The position numbers and the translations under genes were made by a program. 43,565 nucleotides of DNA, from contig NW_024705450.1 in assembly GCF_018977255.1 (NCBI RefSeq), forward strand, positions 1 through 43,565, in the 5' to 3' direction. Origin of the DNA: Callorhinchus milii. Its lineage: Eukaryota. The notes below the pieces were generated by a model. That model was not told the origin of the DNA and made no database searches. It saw only the letters and a list, made by a program, of their open reading frames with translations. Shown piece by piece: positions 11,101-23,100 of this stretch (position 1 is the first letter of the stretch; the number at the start of each line of letters is the position of its first letter).

Positions 11101-14100
11101 GACTTTTGCAGCTGTTCTAGACTAATTTCAGGGTGCGGATTCCAAATCTGATCTCTGATTTTCTCTCTCACATCTCATTTGATGCTATCGGCGAACCCCA
11201 TTTTCATTGATTTTACCCGAAATCAACTCTGTTACTTATGATTGCAAGTTGTTGCGAGTCAGTGACTGCTTTAGTGTTAAAATACGGTGCTGTATGTTTA
11301 GGATAGTGTGTTTATATATCATTTTATGTAGCTATCCACATTTATTTAATATTTTTCTTCTGCAGTTTTGATTGAAAATGCAATATTTGATATCTCAAAA
11401 ACCTCATGTGATAGACAAAAACAGATTTGGAATCAGCACCCCAAAATTACCTTAAAACCGTTGGAATACCTTACGCCAGAAAAAGTGTGTTGACCAGTGT
11501 TAGCACCTATGAAAGTCTGCACGGCACACGAGGGAGTGGGTGGCCGGCACCACACTCGGCCGCCTTTGTCTCCCGAGTGGTGATATTCACACATCTCTCC
11601 AGCTACTCGTTTGAGTCTCTGTCGACCTCGGGAATAGTACTCGGGTCGCCGGGATCTTAACGCAGCGGGCGCGTGAACCGCTCCACAAACACACGCATGC
11701 GCACGCATGCACGAGTACGCACCTCTCGACAATATTTAGGCAGTTCACTCCGTCCTTCCCGCCGACGGCGTACAGGAATCCGGCGAGCACAGCCACGCCG
11801 ACGCAGGAGCGGCACGTGCTGATGGGCGCCACGTCGCTGCTCCACTGGTTCGTCTTGGGGTCGTAGCTGAGCGAGAGCAGCTCCACCGATTAGACGAGCA
11901 CACCGTCAGGTTTCACCGGGTAAAGTCGATCGGCAAGTCGCGTGCGGGACGGAAAACAGCGTGGGTGTTCGGCCCACCGATTCCAAGACGTCTCACCAGC
12001 AGGGGAAGACTACCAACCCCCTAATTACCCGAATTCAGAGAGGGGGGCTCTTCTAGCGCCGCACCCTCTTGGCGAGGCCCTTGTACCAGCGGTCACATTC
12101 GCAAGCGACTGCAGGGCTGAACTTTAATCTTTTTTACTAACTAAATAAAAAAATATCATCCTGACCATACATATGGGGCCTCGTATTGAAGCTAGTTACA
12201 TATATTTATCGGGACAAAATGCATATTTATTAAATAAGTTAACGGTTTGACACACGTGCAACTAAATGCATGGACAGGCAGCATTTGCTTAGCGCTCAAG
12301 ATGCGTTCCTGGAGAAGTGAGCGCAAACGAACTCGGCGCTAATAGGGGTCATTATACCATTGTATATACTTATTTCATCCAAGCAATATACGAGGGCCTT
12401 ATTGGGGTACTGGTAATAGCGCTAATATAATAAAACAGGTGGTAAACATTATTTCCTAAATAAAAATAATACTTCATTAAGCCATCAGTATTATAAGAAC
12501 ATCAGTATAAAAAGATCACAAAGACTTCGTTTTTCCATCTTCAGAATATCTCCCGTATCCGATCCCTTATTTCTGCTTCAGAAGCAGAGAATCTGCTCCG
12601 AGCCTCCATCTCATCTCGTATAGGCGACAGCTCGTCTTACTCGCTGGCGTGGCTAAGAAGGTGATGGTCTATTTGCAGCTTGTTCAGAATGCGGCTGCTG
12701 GGGTGTTAACCAGAACCCCTTCTTCTTCTTCCCTGCACTGGCTTCCAGTTTCACATAGAATACAGTTTAAAATCCTTTTGTTAACTTACGGCCAAGTGAA
12801 AAGCCACTGAATGATTTATATTAATAATTATCCGCATCTTTAAAGTGTCTGAAATGTACGTCCGGAATCGTCGAAATTGTGGAAATGCCCGTGCACATGT
12901 GCATGCATGGATTAGTATGCACAAGTGCAAGCTCAGGTGAGAAGAGGAGCAGGTGGAGGTGTGTGGAATAGATGTATGATGCATGCTCGTGGCCAAGTCT
13001 GTGTTTGATGTGCATCGCACATGTAGACCAATGGCAAAACTTGAGCAAACATCACAATCAAAAGCAGCAGTTCACTATTTCAGGTCTGTACACGAGTGCT
13101 GTGGGTCAGCCTTCACATACACAGCAGCACACAATCACTCATAAGTAAAGCAGCACTCACACAGCAGTACACTGTCAATCATACACCATCCACTCATTCA
13201 CAGCAGCACTCACTCGCACGCAGCAGCACTCAGCTACTCACAAACTCGTGAAGCAACCTTTACTCGGCGTGACTGCGTTCGCAGGATAAGATCGCCTGCC
13301 GGCGTCTCATGGATACCTCCACGCCCTGAGGGGTCCACGCCTTACGATCATACACCACTCACCATGGCACTCGCACGTACATCCCTCAAGCACTCACTCA
13401 TCCACCAAACATCCCCAGTATGGCCTTAACAGACTGTTGGGGCAAGCGCTCCTAGCGAGTACCTATGAAGGTCGGCACGGCACACAAGGGGGTGGGTGGC
13501 CAGCACCACGCCTGGCCGCCTTTGTCTACCGAGTGGCGATGTTTACACACAACATACTCATTTGAGCCTGAGTATACCTAGGGGACGCCCAGAACCGGTC
13601 CAGATAATCATCACTGGTGTTGGCCGTGAGCGGGAAACGAACTCAGGTCACCGGGTTCGTAGCGCGGCCCGCTAACCGCCACCGCTCCCCACAGAGGCAC
13701 TCGCTCATACGTCCCTCAATCGCCCCGCCGACTCGCTCGTTCGCACGCACCGCTCCACACTGTTGAGGTAGGAGGATCCATCGTAACCGCCCACGGCATA
13801 GAGGAGGTCATCGAGCACGGCCACCCCCACGCCGCAGCGCCGCTTACTCATGGAGGCCACCATGCGCCACTCGTTGGTCTGCGGGTCGTAGCGCTCCACG
13901 CTGGAGATGGCGTCGCCGCTGCACCAGCCACCCACTGCACGGTGATGGACAGGGAGAAAAGATCCCCTTGTAGCCTTAACAGATCGTTGAGGTCATTTCT
14001 GTTAGTAAACACCTATTAAACTAAACAAACGATTAAAATTTTACCTGCTAAGGCCCACGAAGCTGTATAGGTCTTTTTCAGAAGCGACCTGGCCACAAAT

Positions 14101-17100
14101 TATAGCTCAAAGTGGCTAATCATGTGGAAATTTATAGCAGCCAAATATTCCAAACACATGTGCAGGGGAAAAACTGGAGGACCTGAAAAAAAATCGACGC
14201 CACCACGGGGGGAGAGACACATGCAAACTCTGAATATACAGCAGGCATCATGGTCGGGATCGAACCCACGACCTCCCGCACCTGCGCACATCCCATCACA
14301 GCTCACCTGCGAAGAGCACTTCCCCGCAGCGGATGGGCTTGCGGGGTTTCGTGCGGGGGCCCTGCATGAGTGGTCTTTCTTGGGGCAGAAGCAAATAGTT
14401 CTTGGCTTCATCCACGAGGTCTCTTGAGCGACGAACAGAGAAAAACAACAAAACATTAATGCACGCAGCGAGCGCACAGCATAAAAAAACGGGGGATGGT
14501 GAAGGGGGAGGAGCATAATACAAGAATCCCCCACGATACATAAGGGATGCGTTCCTGGGAAATGCTACTTAACTCAAAAGTACTTAAAGCGAGCTCTAAG
14601 TTCCCATAAACATAATGTTAAAATCAGGGGTTGCGTTGCTAGCCGACATTTCTCGAAAATGCGCGACTAAATGTCATGAAGTGTACAAAAAAGCATATGA
14701 TTATAAGTGAACATACGCTTTAAATAAGAATACAAATAATACAAAAAACTTAATACCAGAGATGGTTTAAGAGCTTGCTGATCGAGGCCTCTTGGCGATT
14801 CCTGGTGGTACGTGCTATGCGTGTACAGTTCTGGTGGTACGTGCTATGCGTGTACAGTTCGGTATTACATCGCAAAAGTCCGCTTTCTCCCTCGTGCATT
14901 CGTGTTATGCATATACATTCCTTTTAAAAATCGTGCAAAGAAAATTTGCACAATTATTAAACAAGGAAGGCAATTGCGCAAGAACTAATATGCATTTTTT
15001 TTCCAGAAAGCACAAGACAAACATGACACTTGGGCTTGTTTGGGGCGCCTGTGGCGCACCTCACAACCATTTACGGCCTTCGGCCAGGAAAGTCACAATA
15101 TTTTTTTAACACGAACGACGCATTCACGCAAGCACCCGATGCTCCGTTTTGAAGTTTTTAAATTAAACATCTTTGAATTGTTTAGAATTAGATAATTTTA
15201 TTTCTTCATGAAAAGCTTATATCATTTTACATCTGGAAGACTTCATTGAAAACGACATTTCGTGTGAATTTTCTCTCGCCGTTAAGTAGATGGCCTTGCT
15301 GGGGGTTCGGTTCGATGCGGACTTTCACCTGTTTGGGGTTGCGGGATCGAGTTAAGGCGATATAGAGCTGCTGGCCGTGCGAGAAGACCGCCATCTGCAG
15401 ATCGATTCCAATGTAATCGAACGTCTGTCCCTGCGCCTCAGTCGTTCATGCAGGGGGCACGTAGGTTTGCAGCGCCCCCTGCATGAAAACGATGAAAAGT
15501 GCAGCGTTCATCACAGATAAAGTTGCGTGCTTATATAAGAGTATTAATCAGAAACGTATATGCAAAACAATGCACAATGCGGAAACTTATCGTGGGGGAT
15601 TCCTGTACCTTTGTTATGATTCGTGTGGGTCACCACAATCTTCTAATGTCAAACGGAGCCATAATTAACACTGTAAAAGTCCCATATTGCTAGTCAAGGC
15701 TCAGCCCAGACTTGGCTCTGGTTCAAGTAGGCCATGGCTCAAATTCATGTGCTTAATTTTAGCTGGCCTATGAGCACGATCCCAGCCATGCTCAAGATTT
15801 CCTCCTGCGCCAAGCCATGGATGACGAGCTGCTAATGCGTCTCTGGAAGCTACTCGGCAGCACACGCCTGAACTGAGCCGCCATGTGAAGCCAGGGCTGA
15901 GCTGCGACTAAGAAGAGTATGAGCCCGAAGAAGTCTGTAGTCATGCCTTCACACTGGTCTATCCAAGCTGGGGGATTGGTTGGCCAGAATTATAATAGAA
16001 GTGGGTGGAATGTGTAGTTGATTTTTGTTGAAATTATAAGTTATTTTTTTCATTTCATCGTTCAAGCTCGCTTGCCTTCTTTGCTCAGAAAAAACGTAGA
16101 TCCTTCTTGTCAGTAGCAGGAAAACAAACCTGTGATTATATTTAATTAACGGTATCATTGTGAGTGTACATGTTCGCAGGAGTGTCAAATTTATGCATCT
16201 GCGTTCCTGACTCGCCTAGTTATTTTGAGTAGTACCATTGTGTAGGTGTAATTAAAGGATATTCAAGTATTACATCAAATTCCGGGGTCCACTCAGCCTA
16301 TCTTTCCTCCACCATGGATACAGCACGTACCGTTTGTGGCATGTCCACAGTGGTGATCCGATGTAGAGACTGGCGTGTACAATAGACCGACCCAAACTGG
16401 ACGTCTGTTAAAAAGAGCGTCAAAGCTCATCGGATTCCTCCAGTCTAAATAAAGATTCTGATTCCGAATGTGATATCCCGACTACTGGCTCTGCCTTCAA
16501 ACGAGGTGAGCTCAAGCCCCATTGCTCACTTGATCAAAGATTCTGACTTGCGGAAAATGTCACAAAATAAGTCACGGCAGTGACCACGGAAACAATACAT
16601 CACCTTCCTGCCAAGGTGAAGGTTTTGATGTTCACGTAAAATGTATCCCAACATTCGTGATTTTCTGCGAATCCTGTTCAGCCGACGACGCGGAAATTGG
16701 CATGGCAGCCTCCCGTGGGTTTCACGGAAAACACGCACCACCACTCGTGACAGCGTGGCCGGCTACCTGCATGCCTCGTCACTCTTCACCAGAAGGTCCG
16801 TCCCCACTGTGCCCACCAGGAACTTGGGTGTGAGCAGGGGCAGACGGACGTGTTGCAGCACCTACACAAAGACAAAGATCCCCCGTATAGCCTTTAACAG
16901 ACTGTTAGAGCAAGTGCTATCATGGGACCTTCTTTACCAGTATTTGGTGTTTGAACATCCTAACACCTCCTGTTTTATTGCCAGAAAGGGTAGAACCTAT
17001 TCTTATTTTTCATTGAGCAAGTGCTGTTCGCGAGCCCCTATGAAGACCGGCACGACACACAAGGGGGTGGGTGGCCAACACGACACCCGGCACCTTTGCC

Positions 17101-20100
17101 TCCGCAGTGGTGATGTTTACAAACCGCACCAGGTACTCGTTTGAGGCCGAGTCGACCTAGGGGAGGCCTAGCGTGATAACCGTTACACTAACGCACACAC
17201 ACACGGAGAAGAAGATCCCTCGCTTAACCTTATACGGCAATAACAAAAGTACGGCATCTTGAGATGCAGCTGCATTTAGATGCTATACAGATATACATTG
17301 TATGGTTTAATTGGATTGAATCATTGCCTGCGAGAGAGATCCACAGACGGGACTTTGTCCAGATTGATACACCCATACACAAACAAGACACAGGCCTTCC
17401 TATAGACAAACCGGCTGCTTAGACACATGTGCGGAGCTTTTTTGTTTGGCATCACACATACACCTTTGCTACCCAAGTAGTGATAACACAAACACTGGAT
17501 ACTCATTTTAGGTCGAGTTAACCTAGAGGAGAGGGGATATAATCAAGAACCATGCGCCCCGTGTGTGTGGCAAGGAATTCGGGCTGGGATGATGCGATTG
17601 CGTCAGTGCGTTTTCAGAATACTATTCCACTGCTATCTAGACTGTAATACATTTTCAACAAGACGAATAGTCACACACTGTTGCCACTATACTCATTGGT
17701 TCTTTCGGTAAAGTTACGTAGGTGAAACATTAAAATAAAATGTAAGAATAAAAATAAAAAATAGAAATAACCAAATTAAATCACCACGTTTCGGAAGCAA
17801 CACAAGCTTCCGTCATCAGGTGGGACAACCACAGTAAGAAACAAACATTACTGTAGTGGGCAAAGACAGCTGTTTGTGACAAGTGATTATATAAGGTAAA
17901 GAGGGAGGAGAGATGCAGGGGGCAGGGATTGTGGAGTAGGGGGGGGGACTTCTGTTGAGACACGGCTGGTGAGACACAATGCTGGCGCTGGGAGCGGGCG
18001 GGGGGGGGGCTACAGAAGATGTCACCTGGTTAATGACACTATTAAAGCACACACGAGATTTGGCTGGTGCTCATCAATGTGGGCGGCCCTAAGCCAGTGG
18101 TGGAAGTTGTGCATTCATACGCGAGGGGGGCAGTTTTGTCGTCGTGCAGCCACTGTATCCTATTACGATCAGCAAGAGGAGCGATATAGTTACCTCTACT
18201 GTGTGTGCTTTTATGTTGTCAAGCATGAGCTCCCCGCTCTACTAGGTGGGGATGAACTAAATAATTGATTTCAAAACAGGTTCTTACGCTCACAATAAAA
18301 GCATCAAATTTAGTTTCAGGAAGAAGTGATTATTTGATTGATTGAGGGACGACCAAGCTACGTAGAACAGATTGTTATCGGGTGATAATGTGCTATGATA
18401 CCAGCAGATGGCAGTGCAGCAAGATCAACTGTTGTGCTAAACTGGTAACACATCTAATAATAGGATTTTCCCCTTTTTTCTGGCAACACTCACCAATTGA
18501 GGCGAGGCTCAAAAGAAAGCCGTCTCTGGTGTGGACCAATCAGTTTCAAGGACAATGCATACATTATCAGTGTGTTTTGTTTGCATTCTGACCGCAAGTA
18601 TTGTGGTTAATGCAGACATGATTCCTTGTAAAAAAGGTTTCAGTTTTGTTGCCAGAAAAAAATGGAAAAACCCTATTATTATATCTTGGCACTGGCCAAG
18701 GAGGTCTAATGATGGTCAAACATCTCGCCTCCACCTGAACTAACCCGTACTGACGAGCGTGGCAAAATCTGGTCGTGTAACCTCCACGAAATACACAGCA
18801 TGGGGAGGCTCTCAACCTGCAGTGGCTTGACATTAGGGGCGTCCACGTACCTAGCGGAGGCCTAGGAAGGACACAACCGCCGATCAGCGGTTACGCAAGC
18901 GCGCACACAGGCAGGCACCTGGGGTAGCTGTGGCCGGCGCTCCTGGATGTTGTATTTGACCCAGGCGATGACGGCGCTGTACACCTGCTCCTCGCTGCGC
19001 ACGTTTAGCTCATCGGTGGATATGATGTCGATGAGCTGGTTGGCAGGAAGCAGCATGAACTCTTCACTCTCCATTACCTGCGAAAGCAACAGATGCCCCG
19101 CTTCATGTCAGCCTGGATTACTGAGCACAGTGTTAATATGGAGCACCTCTTGATGGCTGGGTGGTGGTGGTACACGACTGGAATCCAGCGCCGTGGAGTC
19201 GAGGGGTGGCAGATCACACAAATGTCACAACAACTTCATTCCCGTGGCTTTACCACCAGGATAAAGCGGTAAAGCAAAAATGTGGACTCGATCCGTTCCC
19301 TCTGTATGGGATAGTATTGTCGCCTCGCACGTGTAGGCTTTCTCCAGGTGCTCCGGTTTCCTCTCACATATATCGGCAACATTAATTGGCTAAAAGCACC
19401 TTCATATATAGAGGAGCACAGACATTAGTTCCTCCTCACACCTCCGAGTCATGCTCTCTCCTGTCTTCGAGAGTGAGCGGATACTGTGCGGCACATTGCG
19501 AGTTGAAATTGTTTATTGCACAGAAAACTTAAATTCTTGGTGGATTCATTACCCTTTGTGGAGATTAGTATCGTGCCTTGATAGCCACACACACACTACT
19601 TGCAACACACACATAATTGCATTACAAGTACCCTCAACTGCCCACGTAAACATAACTACATACATACAAAATCAACACAATTAGCTACCAATACAATGAA
19701 AGTGAACGGCAATCTCTTTTGCACGTCACAATGAAAGTGGCAGAAATATATTTTTAAAGGAATCCACAGCCAAATAAAACAGAGCCTCTTATAGACACAC
19801 TTCTATGATAATAGGTTTTTCCCCTTTTTTCTCGCAACAAAACAGGTGTTAAGATTTCGATTTAAAGCTTTCGTGACTGCAGGGATTCATATTATTGGTT
19901 CTTTTGGTAAAGTCACGTAGAAGGGAAATAATAAAATATCAAAAATAAAACAATAAAATTATCACGACGTTTCGATTGCAACACAAGCAATCATCATGTA
20001 CGTGACTTTACCGAAAGAACCAATAACAGGTGTTAAGATGTTAAAATACCAAACTGAAACCTTTTACAAGGAATCATGTCTGCATTAACCACAATGCTTG

Positions 20101-23100
20101 TGGTCAGAATGCAAACAAAAAACTAACTCTGATAACATATGCATTGTCCTCTGGTCAAAAAGGCGTCCTCTGGTCTAACACCGTTTGAGACGAGGCTCAA
20201 AAGAAAGCTGTCTCTGGTGTGGACCAATCAGTTTCAAGGACAATGCATATATTATCAGAATATTTTTGGTTTGCATTCTGACCACAAGCATTGTGGTTAA
20301 TGCAGACATGATTCCTCTTAAAAGGTTTCAGTTTGGTGTTTTAACATCTTAACACCTGTTTTGTTGCCAGAAAAAAAGTGGAAAAACCTATTATCATATT
20401 TTGGTACTAGCAAAGGAGGTCCCATGATGTGGACACACACCTAGGCTCTGTGTTCCAGGTTGTCCGAGATGAGTCTGAAACTTAATTGCGCACAAGCAAA
20501 ATACTTGAAAGTTACTTCAAGTCTTGTACTCTCGTGAACTAGCGATATAATTGCAGCAAGTCAATGCAGTTACATTAATGTGCTGCAATGATATCACTAG
20601 AGCTTTTTGGCAGCACGTCTGAAAGTCAATTTTAAAAGCTCTATCATAACCAAAGATGCGTTGGACTGCCCAGGCTACACAGGCTAGGTGCTTACAAAAA
20701 CACAACTCTCTTTTGGCTTGCATTTTCCTTTAATGTGGCTCAGATGATAAGAGCACTGAGGTGGCACCGTTTAGATGCTGGCTTTTGAATTAAGGCCTGT
20801 GATTAAAATGGGTTTTAATGTGCAGTGATTTGATGGTCTCAGCCCAGTCACCAATGACTACACACACAAAAACCCAACGACGTTATATTTATACTTTTTT
20901 TCCGGTAAAGTCACGTAGGTAAAAAATAAAATAAATTAAAATGAAAATAACTAAATTAAATCAGGTACCTGAAGACGGACGCTTGTGTTGCGCCCGAAAC
21001 GTCGTGATTTAATTTAGTTGTTTTCATTTTAATTTATTTTATTTTATACCTACGTGACTTTACCGAAAAAACCAAAAAGTATGGATCCTTGCAGTCACGA
21101 AAACTTCAAATCTAGAACGTTACACTTAGTTCTGCTGTGTGTAGTGAGTTGTAAAAATGCAGTTTTTTATGGTGCAGATCGTAAGCCACAAAAGTAGCTG
21201 TGTGATATCCCGCCTCTGCGGGCTGTCCTCGAACATGGGAGCTTGCAGCACTGCTCTGCGAGAGAAACCAACAAACACTTGGCCTCGTGACACGACACCC
21301 GAAAGTACAATTGGCCCAAACATGCGCTGTGAGAGTGAATCTGCATTGACTTGGTGGCCTGGCTGTGTGCTCTGGCTGTGTGCTGTGCTCTGGCTGTGCT
21401 CTGGCTGTGTGCTGTGCTCTGGCTGTGTGCTCTGGCTGTGGGCTGTGCTCTGGCTGTGGGCCGTGCTCTGGCTTGTGTGTCTGCAGAGGGCCACCTCCTG
21501 GAAGTTGTGCTGCGTGAACTTGTCGGCGGTGCGCTGCAGGTCTCGGCACGCGTGCGTATCGGCGAAGGCCCGGATTCCCAGGCAGTTGGAGGGGTCGAGC
21601 TGCCGCTTCAGGAACTCGCAGCAGGTGTCCTGGATCTCGGCGAGCTGCAGCAGGCAGGCGGCCGGCAGCAGGGCCTGCACGTTGCACTCCTCCACCGTGA
21701 TCTGTGGATCGCAGCAGCGCAGACTGCATGAGAAGCAAGCGGTGTTCTGCTCAAATGCAAGAATGGTGAGATTCTCATCTCGTTTAACGGACCTTAGTTT
21801 GTTGTAGAAATTCTGCTGTCCTGTGCTTCAGGGGTGAGCCAAACAACTGCCGACTTTACACAAAGTGGTACTCATTTTATAGGTCCCAGCGGCAAGGTAA
21901 TCCGAGTAGAATTCCAACAGGGATATGAACTCACAAACTTGTTATTGGGAGTCACGCTCTCTAAGCACAGTGTGGCTTAGCCAAGTCAAAGTAAACCCCA
22001 AACAAATGTCATTTCCAGCTGTGATGGCATGCTGCTGTAATGAATATACACATTTGATTAGCACGGTTGGCTACATATGGTGTGAAAGAAATTCAACATA
22101 ATACAATATTTCGAGAGCCAGCTTCCTCTGGTGAGCAGAGCTGTGGCAGCAGCAGCAGCAGCAGCTCCATCGTCAGAAGAAGAAGAAGAGGCAGCTGGTC
22201 CTGCCCCTTCGTCTGCATCACACCGCCGCTCGCCACAAGAGGCCTCGATGAGAAAGCTTTTCAACTATCTCTGGTAAATTCTAATTATTAGCATTTATTG
22301 TTAGTTAAAATTACAGCTTACAATCATACGCATTTTGGTACACTTTCTGACAGTAATTATTTTTTTTTATCTTGGCTAGGAACGCAAACCCTGGTTTTAA
22401 CGTTATGTCTGTAGAAAATGATAGTTCACTTTAAGTCATTTTGAGTAAAGTAGCATTTCCCCGTAACGCATCGCGTGGGATTCCTGTATTATACTCCTCA
22501 CACTCTACCCCTCCACCTAACCCCCGCAGCTCCTCCACCATCCCCTGTGTATCCAAGCACTATCCAGGCTCAACAACCCTGCTTTGCTTTTGACATCCTA
22601 TAAGATCAGTCGCATCCTGGCTGATGTGGTCATACACAACTGCCTTAAACACTCAACACGAAGGTTCACGTCTTTTGCTCTCCTAAAGTGGATGAGAGTC
22701 CATTACTGGCCCAGCCTGCTAGAGCAGCAACACTGCGTGCACGGCTGGTGGCATCACCTGTGCCGTGTAGGCAAAGTCAACGAGCAGCTCCATGGCCGTC
22801 TCGTCGACGTCACGGATGGACACCTCATCCTGCCGTGACTCGGCCAGCTCGCCCGTGAACATGGCGTGGAAGTAGGGGGAGCACGCCGCCAGCACCACGC
22901 GGTGCGCGTTGATCTTGCGGCTGCCCACCTGCCAAAGACAGACGCGGGTTGGTGGGGCGTGAATGTGCGATGCCCTCACTGCGCCTCCTCTACTGGGAGG
23001 TGGGTCTGTGGGAGGCGAGGATGCCATTGCTTTTGTAAGATTATAAACAATATGAAAAGGTGGAAGGTGCAAGTTTACCATCTTATATATAAATATATAC

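Noticed and set aside
11886..16520. Short unique-looking intronic patches (about 11886-12125, 15285-15440, 16195-16520)
   Set aside because: Too short to call anomalous; one contains an old SINE-like motif (ggtccactcagcct), so decayed repeats are a sufficient explanation
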